The notes under the pieces are model-generated. The model was not told the DNA's origin. It saw only the letters and a list, made by a program, of their open reading frames with translations, and made no database searches. The position numbers were made by a program, and so were the translations under genes. DNA of 64,000 nucleotides from Bacteroidales bacterium (lineage in GTDB: Bacteria > Bacteroidota > Bacteroidia > Bacteroidales > UBA932), in contig JAEELG010000128.1 in the NCBI GenBank assembly GCA_016288775.1, forward strand, positions 8,442 through 72,441, written 5' to 3'. Positions 1 to 10,680 of the stretch are shown piece by piece. Positions within the stretch are counted from its first letter, which is position 1, and each line of letters starts with the position of its first letter.

Positions 1-429
1 AAGGTTTCCGAAATTTACACCGTGGGTCTGGAACTCGACAAGGCCCTTGAGCATCCGGGTTCCGATTACGACGTGGTGCTCCGCGACGGCGACGAGCTGA
101 TCATTCCCGAGATGGCTTCGACCGTCCGCATCCAGGGTGAGGTGCTTTATCCCAACACCGTGCATTTCATCTCCGGCAAGCCTGTGAATTATTACGTCAA
201 GCAGGCAGGCGGTTACAGCAACCGCGCCCGCCGGGCCAAGACCTATGTTCTCTACATGAACGGCACTGTTGCCGTAGGCGCCGGTGCCAAGCTCGAGCCC
301 GGTTGCGAAATCATTGTGCCTGGCCGCTCCGAGAAGGAAAAGATGAGCGTCGGCGAATGGCTGGGCATCGGTACCACCGCCGCGTCCATCACTACCATGG
401 TTGCAACGATTGCCAGTTATCTGAAATAG
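1..429 (+). CDS. Polysaccharide export protein, SLBB-domain (Wza/KpsD-like), 3' part only
   Basis: Frame is open from base 1. SLBB-type motifs VRIQGEVLYP and YYVKQAGGYS, a hydrophobic C-terminal helix, and position directly upstream of wzz. Confidence 0.85.
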   Translation, partial: KVSEIYTVGLELDKALEHPGSDYDVVLRDGDELIIPEMASTVRIQGEVLYPNTVHFISGKPVNYYVKQAGGYSNRARRAKTYVLYMNGTVAVGAGAKLEPGCEIIVPGRSEKEKMSVGEWLGIGTTAASITTMVATIASYLK

Positions 430-437
430 ACTGCCTT

Positions 438-1559
438 ATGAAAAAGTACGAGGATTTCGATGATTTTGACGACTTCGACGAGGGCGCAGAACCAGTAAGT
501 CTTTTGCCTTACCTGAAATTGGCTCAGAAAAATTGGAAGAAGATTCTGATCTGGGCGTTTTGTGGCGCCTTGTTCGGAATGATGATTGGCCTGAGCAAGC
601 CCAAGACATATACGGCAAAGGCAGTGGTGGCCCCGGAAATCACTACCAGATCCACTTTGGGCGGAGGTTTGAGTTCTCTGGCCAGTCTTGCCGGTGTCAA
701 TATGAACACCATGGCCCTGACTGACGCCATGCACCCGGACCTTTATCCTGAGATAATCAAGTCGACGAATTTCTATATCAATCTGTTTGATATGCCCGTA
801 CAGGTTGAAACCAGGGACTCGCTTGTCCATACCGATCTCTACGACTATATGGTCAATTATGCAAAGGCTCCCTGGTGGAACTATGTCTTTGGCCTGCCCT
901 GGAAGGTTACCGATGCCCTGAAGCGTTGGTTTGGCAAGGCCGATGAATTCGACTACATGGAAGGCCACGCAAAAGTGGATTCCCTGCGCCTGACCAGACA
1001 GCAGGAGATGGTTATCAAGGCATTGTCAAAGAGTATCTCCGCGGCAGTCGAGAAACGCACCTACGTGCTGTCTCTCAAAGTGACCATGCAGGATCCGGTG
1101 ATCGCCGCCCAGCTCGCAAATGCCATAATTGAGAATCTTCAGCGGTTCGTCGTGACGTACAGGACGGAAAAGGAGCGGGACAACGTCAAGTATTACGAAA
1201 AGATATACGACGAGACCCGCAGTGATTATCTTGCCGCCCAGCGAAGCTATGCAAGATATGTCGATTCAAATTTGGGAAGCCTGAGCAAAAGCTCCATGGT
1301 TCAGCAGCAGCACTTGCAGAATGAGGCCCAGTTAAAGTATCAGCTATACAATCAGACTGCGCAGAACCTTTTGAGCGCAAGGGCAAAGGTTCAGCATGAG
1401 GCGCCTGTACTGGTAGTAGTTCAGCCTGGTATAGCGCCTCACATCGGTAAGCCGTCCAAGGTCAAGCTTACCATTCTGTGGTTCATCCTTGGCGGAATGG
1501 CAGGTGCTGTCTGGTACGTTTTGAAGGATAAGAGAGAGCCTGAAGAGAGAAAGGCTTAA
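438..1559 (+). CDS. Chain-length determinant / polysaccharide co-polymerase (Wzz-like)
   Basis: Start reassigned to ATG 438. N- and C-terminal TM helices, coiled coil, and a Pro-rich motif (VVQPGIAP..PSK) before the last TM. Confidence 0.85.
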   Translation: MKKYEDFDDFDDFDEGAEPVSLLPYLKLAQKNWKKILIWAFCGALFGMMIGLSKPKTYTAKAVVAPEITTRSTLGGGLSSLASLAGVNMNTMALTDAMHPDLYPEIIKSTNFYINLFDMPVQVETRDSLVHTDLYDYMVNYAKAPWWNYVFGLPWKVTDALKRWFGKADEFDYMEGHAKVDSLRLTRQQEMVIKALSKSISAAVEKRTYVLSLKVTMQDPVIAAQLANAIIENLQRFVVTYRTEKERDNVKYYEKIYDETRSDYLAAQRSYARYVDSNLGSLSKSSMVQQQHLQNEAQLKYQLYNQTAQNLLSARAKVQHEAPVLVVVQPGIAPHIGKPSKVKLTILWFILGGMAGAVWYVLKDKREPEERKA

Positions 1560-1562
1560 AGG

Positions 1563-2804
1563 ATGTTCAAGATCCTGGACCTAAGGCAGTACAGGAAGAT
1601 CGTTCTGGTCTTTACGGCGTTTGTGTTCCTGCATTCGCTGATGTACTTCGACTATATCAACATCAATCCAACGTATTATGGGTGGGTGTCGAATGGTTTG
1701 GTCCTGTTGCTCGGCGCAGTATGCATAATCAGCGTCAGCCCCAGAAAGATGCCGGCGTCATATTGGCTTCTGGGCCTGCTGGCGGTTCCTATGCTGAGTT
1801 TCCTTCCATGTTGGTTGGAAAACGGGCAGTCTCCCATATCATCGCTGAGAACTTATCTGGCCTGCTGGCTGCCACTGCTCTATTTCTTATTGCATAAATC
1901 CAAGATCAGTGAGCGGGAACTTGTGCTGGTCATTACCGTTTTTGCGGTTACCAGGACACTGATTACGATCGTTCAGCAGTTTACATATCCCGATTATCTC
2001 TTCACTTTCCGCCCGGAGGGCCTGGACGCTTCAGGCATGTTCAAGGGGATAGAACGACGAAGCGGTATATATCGCTTTTGCATTGAGGATACATTCCTGT
2101 CGATGTTCCTGGTGTTCTATTATTTCTGGCGGATGACCAAACGGTTTAAAATTACGGATTTGTGCCTGTTCCTGGTTGGTCTCCTTGGTGTATATCTGGA
2201 CCAGACGCGGCAACTGATGCTTTCTACGGTCCTTTCTCTTGTGCTGGTATTCCTGTTCACTGTCCGCATCAAACACAAGGCTTTGATCGTATTTCTGCTG
2301 GCTGCTATCGTCGGAGTTGTGGCGTTGAATGCCGATACACTGTTCGGGGATCTTCTTCTGATGACCAGCCAGGATCTGAACCATAACAATATCCGTCTGT
2401 TCTCATATTCCACTTACCTGTTCGAGTTCTGGGGCGGTCCGCTTTCGGTGGTGTTCGGAAACGGTCCCGCAGCCTGGGACAGCGCTTATGGGCAACAGGT
2501 CGCATATATGTATGAGAATCTGAAATTGTTCCACTCAGATGTCGGAATCGTAGGTGCTGCCAATCTGTACGGTGTAATAACCGTTTTGTTTTATCTTGCA
2601 TTCCTGGTGTTCTTTGTCTTCCGTAACTGGAAGAAGTTCAGGATTCACATCAAGATGTATTTCGTCGCCCAGTTAATCAATCTCCCGATGATCTGTATTT
2701 TTACTCAGAGGGTTAATTGTATGATATTCCTGGGCTTCATGCTTTTCCTTTGCGACAAGGATATCCGTCGTTACGACAGACGTATCGCCAATGCCGAGTC
2801 TTAA
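1563..2804 (+). CDS. Putative polysaccharide polymerase (Wzy-like polytopic membrane protein)
   Basis: About 10 hydrophobic segments, FGNG and HSDVG loop motifs, located between wzz and the flippase. Confidence 0.7.
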   Translation: MFKILDLRQYRKIVLVFTAFVFLHSLMYFDYININPTYYGWVSNGLVLLLGAVCIISVSPRKMPASYWLLGLLAVPMLSFLPCWLENGQSPISSLRTYLACWLPLLYFLLHKSKISERELVLVITVFAVTRTLITIVQQFTYPDYLFTFRPEGLDASGMFKGIERRSGIYRFCIEDTFLSMFLVFYYFWRMTKRFKITDLCLFLVGLLGVYLDQTRQLMLSTVLSLVLVFLFTVRIKHKALIVFLLAAIVGVVALNADTLFGDLLLMTSQDLNHNNIRLFSYSTYLFEFWGGPLSVVFGNGPAAWDSAYGQQVAYMYENLKLFHSDVGIVGAANLYGVITVLFYLAFLVFFVFRNWKKFRIHIKMYFVAQLINLPMICIFTQRVNCMIFLGFMLFLCDKDIRRYDRRIANAES

Positions 2805-4203
2805 GAAAAACCTGTTCTACAGCATCCTCCTGATTCTGGCGAACTATGTATTTCCATTCCTCACGTATCCATACGTGTCGAGGGTGTTGGGCGTCAGCGG
2901 CATCGGAGCCTGCAATTTTGTGGACAGCGTAATCAATTACTTCATCTTGTTTTCAACGTTGGGGATCGATTCTCTCGGAGTCAGGGAGATAGCTAAACAC
3001 AAAGACGACAGGGAAGCGCTGAACCGGACTTTTTCCAACATTTTTATAGTAAACCTGGCACTAACCGGGCTTATGCTCGCGGCGTTGGCTGTCTGTACGT
3101 TTACCGTCCCACAGCTGTCTGAACACAAAGACCTGATGTTCATCGGGGCCTTTAAGCTGGTGTTCAATTGTCTCTTGGTGGAATGGCTGTTCAAGGGCCT
3201 TGAAGACTTCAGGCTTATCACTATCCGGTCGATAGTAGTTAAAACCGTTTATGTGGTATGCGTCTTTGTCTTCGTCAGGAACCGGGGGGATGTATGGATT
3301 TATTATCTGTTGTCATCCTTGATGATAGTGGTCAACGCTCTGGTAAATATTGCCTTTTCCGGTTCGCGCGTACGCCTGGTGCTGAGGGGCCTTGATTTCT
3401 GGACGACGTTCAAATCGTTGCTGGCGCTTGGCGTTTACGCGATACTGACTTCGATGTACACGACGTTCAACGTTACTTTTCTGGGGTTTGTGTGCGACGA
3501 AGTGCAGGTTGGCTATTATGCTACGTCCACCAAGATATATTACATCGTGATGGCCTTGTTTACGGCGTTCACCAATGTGATGTTACCCAGGATGTCCAAT
3601 GTGGTCGCTTCAGGAGAGACGGAACGGTTCAAATCATATTTCCATATGGCGGTGGATGTCCTGTTCGCTTTTTCGCTTCCTGTCGTGGTCTGGATGATGA
3701 TAATGGCTCCGGATATCATTATGGTGATTTCCGGCCCCGAATTTACCGGGTCGGTTCTGCCTATGATAATTATTTCGCCGCTGGTCTTCATCGTGGGATA
3801 TGAGCAGATTCTTGTTCTGCAAACCCTGCTTCCTCTTGGAAAAGACAAGGTCCTGCTCCGCAATTCAATAATGGGAGCACTGGTCGGCGTGGCGCTGAAT
3901 CTGGCTCTGGTGCCGGTGCTGGCGTCGATCGGTTCCGCCATAGTGTGGATCGTGTCGGAATGTTTGATTCTGATCCTTAGCCAGATCGCTGTTAGCAAGG
4001 AACTCCGTATCGGCTTCCCGGCACTTGATACTCTGAAAAACATCTTGATCTATCTCCCGCTTATTGGATTAGTCGCCGCTTGCTGCCTGATTCCGTCAGG
4101 AGCGCTTGTCAGAGTGACCGTCTCAATGCTTGTGGTTGCCACCTATGTCCTGGTATATCAGGTGGTTATACGTAAGAACGAGTTGATGGGAATGATAAAA
4201 TGA
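2791..4203 (+). CDS. wzx: Polysaccharide flippase (Wzx)
   Basis: Typical N-terminus (KKNLFYSILL..FPFLTYPYVSRVLG), GVREIA and VGYY motifs, many TM helices. Confidence 0.9.
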   Translation: MPSLKKNLFYSILLILANYVFPFLTYPYVSRVLGVSGIGACNFVDSVINYFILFSTLGIDSLGVREIAKHKDDREALNRTFSNIFIVNLALTGLMLAALAVCTFTVPQLSEHKDLMFIGAFKLVFNCLLVEWLFKGLEDFRLITIRSIVVKTVYVVCVFVFVRNRGDVWIYYLLSSLMIVVNALVNIAFSGSRVRLVLRGLDFWTTFKSLLALGVYAILTSMYTTFNVTFLGFVCDEVQVGYYATSTKIYYIVMALFTAFTNVMLPRMSNVVASGETERFKSYFHMAVDVLFAFSLPVVVWMMIMAPDIIMVISGPEFTGSVLPMIIISPLVFIVGYEQILVLQTLLPLGKDKVLLRNSIMGALVGVALNLALVPVLASIGSAIVWIVSECLILILSQIAVSKELRIGFPALDTLKNILIYLPLIGLVAACCLIPSGALVRVTVSMLVVATYVLVYQVVIRKNELMGMIK

Positions 4204-5144
4204 CTTTTTCCGTCCTCATACCGGCTTATAAGTCCGCCTTCCTTGCAGAGGCACTGGAAAGTGTTATCCGCCAAAGTTGGAAGGATTGGGAACTGATTGT
4301 CGTTGACGATTGCTCGCCCGAAGAACTGGAGCCCGTCGTCCGGCCATTCTGTAAGGACGAACGCATCCGGTATTATCGTAACGAAAGGAACTTCGGGGCG
4401 GTGAATGTGGTCGCCAACTGGAACAAGTGCCTGGAGTACAGTACCGGAGATTATGTCATCTGTATTGGCGACGACGACCGGCTGTCTCCCGGGTGCCTCG
4501 AAAGACTGGCGGCACTGATCGACAAGTATCCGGACCTCGGTGTTTATCACTGCGGGGTGGCGGTAATTGATGAGCGGGGTGAGGTTAAAGAGACCCTTGA
4601 TAATCTCCCTGAGCTGGAATCATCCCTGGAGATGATAGGGGAACGCTGGAAGGGTCGCAGGCAGTTCATAGGCGATTTTTGTTTCAATCGTGAGCTTCTT
4701 GTCTCCAACGGCGGATTCTTTTATCTGCCGCTTGCCTGGGGTGCGGATGACATAAGTGCATATATCGCCGCAAAAGGGGACGGGTTACGGTACGGAGACG
4801 GAATTGCCAATTTGAACGAAGCTCTTTTCCAATATCGATCCAATTCTCTTACCATTTCTTCATCTTCTGATTTCCATCAGAAACTCCTGTCCATGAAGTC
4901 TTATGCCGATTGGTTCGCTGATGAACTTGGAGTGCGGGCGGGATTAAACACCTGTGATTCAGAAGATATAGAGAGACTCAAGGGTCTGTGCAATGCTTTT
5001 TATATCCAGCAGGCAAAGTATTATATCAGGCAGGATGTGCATTCGGATTGGCGTAGAATGGCATTCTGGCTCAATCACGTAAAGGAAACAGGCCTGCCAC
5101 TCCGGACGGTTTTGGCCCAATCGGTAAAGGGGATACTGAAATGA
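4200..5144 (+). CDS. Glycosyltransferase family 2
   Basis: FSVLIPAY, ELIVVDDCS, GDDD motifs; ATGA-coupled to wzx. Confidence 0.9.
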   Translation: MTFSVLIPAYKSAFLAEALESVIRQSWKDWELIVVDDCSPEELEPVVRPFCKDERIRYYRNERNFGAVNVVANWNKCLEYSTGDYVICIGDDDRLSPGCLERLAALIDKYPDLGVYHCGVAVIDERGEVKETLDNLPELESSLEMIGERWKGRRQFIGDFCFNRELLVSNGGFFYLPLAWGADDISAYIAAKGDGLRYGDGIANLNEALFQYRSNSLTISSSSDFHQKLLSMKSYADWFADELGVRAGLNTCDSEDIERLKGLCNAFYIQQAKYYIRQDVHSDWRRMAFWLNHVKETGLPLRTVLAQSVKGILK

Positions 5145-6286
5145 GAATACTGATCTATTCAATTCCTCCATTTTCCGATTCCGACTTCCCTTTGATCAAG
5201 GCCCTGAGGGAGCGCGGTCATGAGGTCTGGTATATCATCAGGCTAGCACCGTTTATGCTGAAGACTTCGCTCCTGGATTTCGGAAGCCAGGACCCCCGGA
5301 ACCAGTTATTGCCGGCAACGGAATTCGATGCTCTTTCGCAATGGTCACAGTATCTGGACCTCACTAAGACTTTTGTCTCGAACGATACGGTAGGTAAAAC
5401 AGGGCTCAGGTCTTTCCGGTTGTTTCTTGACGAATGCCATCTGGTCAAGCGTATTAACCCCGATGCAATATGCCATATAGGCATTCCATTCCTTTTCCAT
5501 TTTTTCCTCCTTCTGGGCAACAGGAAAAAGAGTGCGGTTGTGGTTCATGACCCCTTGCCTCATTCGGGCGATGATGGGATCAGGGTCCGGTTGAAGAGAC
5601 GTTTTCTTCCGTTGGTTTGCAAAAGATTCATTCTTCTTAACAAACGGCAGGCAGATGATTTTTGCAACGCATATAACGTGGCTCCCGGAAGGGTTGCCGT
5701 GTCGTCATTGGGGCCATATGATTGCTATGCGAGCCTTCGCTCAGGCAGGGCTGTTGACGGGAAATATGTTCTGTTCTGGGGACGATTGGAAAAGTACAAG
5801 GGGATCGACTATGCCATTAAGGCGTTTACCCTTATCCGTGAGCGCTTCCCGGAATTACGGCTTGTCATTGCCGGTGCGGGGCCCGTCTGTTTTGATTCAG
5901 GCGCCGTGGATTCTGATGACAGGATTGTTTTTATCCACCGGTATCTGAGCAATCAGGAGGTTGCAGATTACGCTTCCCAATGCCAGTTCGTAGTCTGCCC
6001 ATATACGGACGCAACCCAAAGCGGAGTCATTCAGACGGCTTTTGCCATGGGCGCGCCTGTGGTTGCAACCGACGTTGGAAATTTCTCGGATGTGATAGTT
6101 TCAGGCTATAATGGAATCATCGTACCACCGTCTGACTCCGTTGCCCTTTCCGAGGCCTTTGCCGATTTGTTGTCCAACCCTGACAAATTGGATGCGATGA
6201 GAAGCAATATTGCAGATTCATCGAGAGAAGGGGTCAGTTCCTGGACAAGGATAGCAGACGATTATATCAGGGCATTTCAGGGATGA
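5141..6286 (+). CDS. Glycosyltransferase family 4
   Basis: FWGRLEKYKG, PYTDATQSGV..AFAMGAPVVATDVG (GT-B C-terminal signature). Confidence 0.9.
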   Translation: MRILIYSIPPFSDSDFPLIKALRERGHEVWYIIRLAPFMLKTSLLDFGSQDPRNQLLPATEFDALSQWSQYLDLTKTFVSNDTVGKTGLRSFRLFLDECHLVKRINPDAICHIGIPFLFHFFLLLGNRKKSAVVVHDPLPHSGDDGIRVRLKRRFLPLVCKRFILLNKRQADDFCNAYNVAPGRVAVSSLGPYDCYASLRSGRAVDGKYVLFWGRLEKYKGIDYAIKAFTLIRERFPELRLVIAGAGPVCFDSGAVDSDDRIVFIHRYLSNQEVADYASQCQFVVCPYTDATQSGVIQTAFAMGAPVVATDVGNFSDVIVSGYNGIIVPPSDSVALSEAFADLLSNPDKLDAMRSNIADSSREGVSSWTRIADDYIRAFQG

Positions 6287-7350
6287 GGATTCTGATAGTT
6301 ACATTTTCCCTTACTTCGGGAGGCGCAGAGCGTTTTGTAGTGGATTTATCCAACTCATTGGCGGAGAAAGGCAATGAAGTATGCGTGGTGGCGACCGATG
6401 ACGGCAATATCGGTGCGAATGAGTTCTATAAGCCGGATTTGCGCCCGGATGTACGATACGTCAATTTGGGAGGACGGTCAGGCCATTCAGTTCGTTCACT
6501 TATAGGCCTTTTGCGCTTTATCCGGGATTATAAGCCCGATGTGGTTCATTCGAATTCCGACCTGATCCAGATTCTGCTGCCCGTACTGTTTATTCATAAG
6601 CCCAGGTATTATCACACAATACATAACGTCGCTGAGTATTATCTGCCCAACAGGTTATGGAAGCCTTTTTTCAGGTATCTGTATGCCCGGCGGGTCCAGG
6701 CTATAACAATATCCGGTACTTGTTCCGATACGTTCCGTAATCTATATGGGCTGAGTAATGATCATGTCATAGTGAATGGCCGGAACAGACCTTTGATTTC
6801 CGAGAGCCATGACGATGTCAAGGCGCAACTGGAGCATTTCAGAGGAGATGGCCGTCTGTTCATTCATATTGCACGTTATTCGCCACAAAAGAATCAGTCG
6901 GTCCTGTTCGATGCGTTGGCAAAGACAGCCGGGGCGAAGTTGGTCGTTCTCGGTGCAGACTATCCGGATGATCTGATCAGGAATCAGGATCCTGAAAAAG
7001 TCCTGTACGTCGGGCTCAGGCGCAATGTCGGTGACTATCTTTCTTGCTCGGACTTTTTTATCTTGTCCTCGCTGTTTGAGGGATTGCCGCTGTCTGTCCT
7101 TGAAGCAATGTCTTTCGGGGTTATACCAGTTTCCACCCCCGCGGGAGGCGTTGTAGATGTGATAAAAGACGGGCAAAACGGATATCTTGCCGATGGATTC
7201 GATTCCGATGCCCTGGCAGCGGCGATGCAACGTGCCATGTCGGGAACGATAAGCAAGGATACGGTATGCGCCGAATTCGAGAATCGTTACTCCATGCCTT
7301 CTTGTGCGGACAAGTATCAGCACGCTTTTGAAAACCATCCTGCCAAATGA
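6283..7350 (+). CDS. Glycosyltransferase family 4
   Basis: GGAERFVVDL at the N-terminus, EGLPLSVLEAM (EX7E). Confidence 0.9.
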   Translation: MRILIVTFSLTSGGAERFVVDLSNSLAEKGNEVCVVATDDGNIGANEFYKPDLRPDVRYVNLGGRSGHSVRSLIGLLRFIRDYKPDVVHSNSDLIQILLPVLFIHKPRYYHTIHNVAEYYLPNRLWKPFFRYLYARRVQAITISGTCSDTFRNLYGLSNDHVIVNGRNRPLISESHDDVKAQLEHFRGDGRLFIHIARYSPQKNQSVLFDALAKTAGAKLVVLGADYPDDLIRNQDPEKVLYVGLRRNVGDYLSCSDFFILSSLFEGLPLSVLEAMSFGVIPVSTPAGGVVDVIKDGQNGYLADGFDSDALAAAMQRAMSGTISKDTVCAEFENRYSMPSCADKYQHAFENHPAK

Positions 7351-8516
7351 GGATTCTGCTGTGCAATAAGTTCTATTACCGAAGGGGCGGCGACTGTAAT
7401 TACACGCTCGCCCTGGAGGAGTTGCTGCGCAGGCATGGCCATGAGGTTGCAGTGTTTGCGATGGACCATCCGGATACGCTGGATACACCGTGGCGCAGGT
7501 ATTTCCCGTCTGAGGTCAATCTGGATTCATCCAAATCAAAGTTGCGTTTCTTCGCACGGAGTTTGGGATTTGGAGAGACAGCTTCCAGGTTCAATGCTTT
7601 GCTTGATGACTTCAAACCTGAAGTGGTCCATCTGAACAACATCCATTCGCAGCTCTCTCCGGTAATCGCCGAACTGGCTCATCGCCGCGGCTGCCGTGTC
7701 GTATGGACGCTTCACGATTACAAATTGCTCTGTCCCCGTTACGATTGTCTAAGGAGGGGAGAGAGTCCGTGCGAATTGTGTTTCAACGCCAAGAAGAATG
7801 TGCTGAAGCACAGATGCATGAAGAATTCGCTTCCGGGAAGCGTCATGGCATATTTGGAAGCGGGAAAGTGGAACAGGGAGCGGCTGGAGGCATGTACCGA
7901 TGCGTTCATCTGTCCGAGTGCCTTCATGGAGACAAAAATGGTGCAAGGTGGCTTCGAACGGCAGAAAATGCATCATCTCTGTAACTTTATTGACATCGAC
8001 AAATGCAAGAAGGAAAGATATGACGTGCGTGGGGAGTATTACTGCTATGTCGGGCGTCTAAGCAGTGAAAAAGGCCTGGAGACCCTTGTAAGCGTTGCAC
8101 GGAATCTGCCATACAGGCTTGTAATTGTCGGAGACGGCCCTCTCAAAGACAGTCTTCCGAAGGAAGCCAATATCGAATACGTCGGCCGGAAGGATTGGCC
8201 GGAAATCAAAGACATAGCAGGGAAGGCCCGCTTTATGGTAATCCCATCGGAATGGTACGAGAACAACCCCCTGTCCGTTATTGAATCGCTTTGTCTGGGA
8301 ACTCCTGTTCTGGGCGCAAGAATCGGCGGTATCCCTGAACTGATTGAAGAAGGCAGGAATGGCCTTGTATTCGAAAGCGGCAACCGTGAAGATCTTGCTG
8401 ACAGGATTTCCGCTATGTTTGATTCGGCTTTTGATTATACCGGTATCGCAGCAGATGCTCAGGCCCGTTTCTCCGGGGAAACGTATTACGATAATCTCAT
8501 GACTTTATTGCAATGA
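7347..8516 (+). CDS. Glycosyltransferase family 4 with Cys-rich insert
   Basis: NKFYYRRGG, GRLSSEKG, ENNPLSVIES (EX7E); insert CPRYDC..CELC..C. Confidence 0.9.
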   Translation: MRILLCNKFYYRRGGDCNYTLALEELLRRHGHEVAVFAMDHPDTLDTPWRRYFPSEVNLDSSKSKLRFFARSLGFGETASRFNALLDDFKPEVVHLNNIHSQLSPVIAELAHRRGCRVVWTLHDYKLLCPRYDCLRRGESPCELCFNAKKNVLKHRCMKNSLPGSVMAYLEAGKWNRERLEACTDAFICPSAFMETKMVQGGFERQKMHHLCNFIDIDKCKKERYDVRGEYYCYVGRLSSEKGLETLVSVARNLPYRLVIVGDGPLKDSLPKEANIEYVGRKDWPEIKDIAGKARFMVIPSEWYENNPLSVIESLCLGTPVLGARIGGIPELIEEGRNGLVFESGNREDLADRISAMFDSAFDYTGIAADAQARFSGETYYDNLMTLLQ

Positions 8517-9604
8517 GCACAAAGAAACTCAACGGCACCGTAATCGTAACCTACCGCTGCAATGCGCGGTGCACCATGTGCAACCGCTATAAGGCGCCGA
8601 GCAGGCCCGAGGATGAGATATCCGTCGATACGATAAAGAAACTCCCGAGAATGTATTTCACCAACATCACGGGAGGGGAGCCGTTCATACGGGAAGACCT
8701 GAAGGACATCGTACGGGAGCTCTACAAGCTTTCAGACCGCATAGTAATCAGCACCAACGGCTATTTCACAGAGCGCATCATCGACCTTTGCAAAGAGTTC
8801 CCGCAGATAGGCATACGCATCAGCATCGAGGGTCTGGAAAAGACCAACAACGAGATCCGCGGCCTTGAGAACGGCTACCAGCGTGGCTATCAGACGCTGA
8901 AGACGCTCCGGGAGATGGGAATGAAGGACGTGGGCTTCGGCATGACGGTGCAGGACAGGAATGCCCCAGACCTTGTGCCTCTGTACAAGATCAGCGAGGA
9001 ATTGGGCATGGAGTTCGCCACTGCGAGCCTGCACAACAGTTTCTACTTCGTGGAGTCCAGGAACATAATCCACGACCGCCCCATGGTTGCGCAGAACTTC
9101 GAAGATCTGGTGAACGAGCTGCTCAAATCCGGCAGCCCCAAGAAATGGTTCCGGGCCTACTTCAACCACGGACTCATCAATTACATCTACGGTCAGCCGC
9201 GCCTGCTGCCGTGCGACATGAGTTTCGACACCTTCTTCATCGACCCGTATGGGGACGTGATGCCCTGCAACGGCACCAGGGACAAGCTCGTTATGGGCAA
9301 CCTGAACCATCAGAACTGGGACGAACTATGGAACTCGCCGGAGGCGGAAAAGGTCCGCGATGCCGTACGTCATTGCGACAGGCAGTGCTGGATGATAGGC
9401 TCCGTGAGCCCCGCCATGCACAAGTACATCTGGAATCCCGCCTGGTGGGTGCTCCGCCACAAACTGCGCCCTGGCAAGAAATACTCCATGTATGAAATCC
9501 CCGCCGTCCGTGATTACCGCGACGGAAAGGTGACCAAAGAGCAGCTTGACGCTCTATCCACTTGCGACATGGGCGCAACGGCAAACGATGGACTTAAGAA
9601 ATGA
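8513..9604 (+). CDS. Radical SAM protein with SPASM/twitch-like C-terminal domain
   Basis: CNARCTMC (CxxxCxxC), TGGEP, and CDMSFDTFFIDPYGDVMPC...CDRQC. Confidence 0.9.
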   Translation: MSTKKLNGTVIVTYRCNARCTMCNRYKAPSRPEDEISVDTIKKLPRMYFTNITGGEPFIREDLKDIVRELYKLSDRIVISTNGYFTERIIDLCKEFPQIGIRISIEGLEKTNNEIRGLENGYQRGYQTLKTLREMGMKDVGFGMTVQDRNAPDLVPLYKISEELGMEFATASLHNSFYFVESRNIIHDRPMVAQNFEDLVNELLKSGSPKKWFRAYFNHGLINYIYGQPRLLPCDMSFDTFFIDPYGDVMPCNGTRDKLVMGNLNHQNWDELWNSPEAEKVRDAVRHCDRQCWMIGSVSPAMHKYIWNPAWWVLRHKLRPGKKYSMYEIPAVRDYRDGKVTKEQLDALSTCDMGATANDGLKK

Positions 9605-10680
9605 AGGTTGTAGTTACAGGCACACGGGGCATCCCGAACGTTATGGGCGGAGTAGAAACCCATTGCGAGCAGCTCTTCCCAAGGCTGGCGGCGATGGGCG
9701 TAGACGTTACGGTAGTCCGGCGCTCGGGTTACGTTTCCGATGGCCTGACGGAATGGAACGGTGTAAAGCTGAAGGACATTCCTGCCCCGAAGAAGAAGTC
9801 GTTCGAGGCCATAGTCCATACCTTCAGGGCAGTAAACTACGCGGCCCGCATCCACGCCGACATCCTTCACGTACATGCCGCAGGACCCGCCCTGGTGACT
9901 CCATATGCCAAACTGCGTGGCCTTAAGGTGGTCTTCACGAGCCACGGACCCGAGTACGACAGGGATAAATGGGGCAAGCTGGCCAAGGCTGTGTTGCGCC
10001 TGGGCGAGCGTCTGGCGGTAAAATATGCCGACGACGTCATTGTGATATCCGACGTTATCCGCAACATCATCAAGGATAAATACGGGCGTACGGAAAGAGT
10101 TCATCTCATCTATAACGGCGTTCCGTCCCCTGAACCGTGCGACTATCCCGAATACTTCGAAGAGCTCGGCATCGAGCCCGGAAAATACATCCTCGGTATG
10201 TGTCGATTCGTGCCTGAAAAGCGGCTGGGTGATCTTGTAGAAGCCTGTAAAGGCCTGCAGGACTACAAACTGGTCCTTGCCGGCGACACTGATTTCGAGG
10301 ATGCCTATTCCCGAAAGCTGAAGGCGGATGCAAAGGCTGCGGGAGCCGTCCTCACAGGTTTCATACGTGGCCGAAAGCTGCATTCGCTGCTGACCCACGC
10401 CGCCTGCTACGTACTCCCTTCTTCCCACGAAGGCCTTCCCATAGCGTTGCTGGAGGCTATGAGTTACGGCAACAAGGTGCTCGTCAGCGACATCCCTGCC
10501 AACCTTGCCGTCGGCCTTCCGGAGAAGAATTATTTCAGGTGCGGCGACGTCGCCGATCTGGCCGGAAAGCTGCGCGGCATGCTCGCCTCCGGTGAAAAGC
10601 CGGAATACGATATGTCACGATACGATTGGGACACCATAGCGGAACAAGTAAAGCAAGTGTATGAATCTCAGAACATTTAA
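9601..10680 (+). CDS. Glycosyltransferase family 4
   Basis: GTRGIPNVMGGVE, RFVPEK, EGLPIALLEAM. Confidence 0.9.
   Translation: MKVVVTGTRGIPNVMGGVETHCEQLFPRLAAMGVDVTVVRRSGYVSDGLTEWNGVKLKDIPAPKKKSFEAIVHTFRAVNYAARIHADILHVHAAGPALVTPYAKLRGLKVVFTSHGPEYDRDKWGKLAKAVLRLGERLAVKYADDVIVISDVIRNIIKDKYGRTERVHLIYNGVPSPEPCDYPEYFEELGIEPGKYILGMCRFVPEKRLGDLVEACKGLQDYKLVLAGDTDFEDAYSRKLKADAKAAGAVLTGFIRGRKLHSLLTHAACYVLPSSHEGLPIALLEAMSYGNKVLVSDIPANLAVGLPEKNYFRCGDVADLAGKLRGMLASGEKPEYDMSRYDWDTIAEQVKQVYESQNI

Noticed and set aside
303-437. N-terminal extension of the wzz ORF (418 aa)
   Set aside because: It overlaps the export gene in another frame; ATG 438, just after that gene's stop, gives a normal Wzz.
453-482. 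Short DFDDFDDFDE repeat at the Wzz N-terminus as a phase-variation tract
   Set aside because: The 9-nt units are imperfect and in frame, so slippage would not switch expression.
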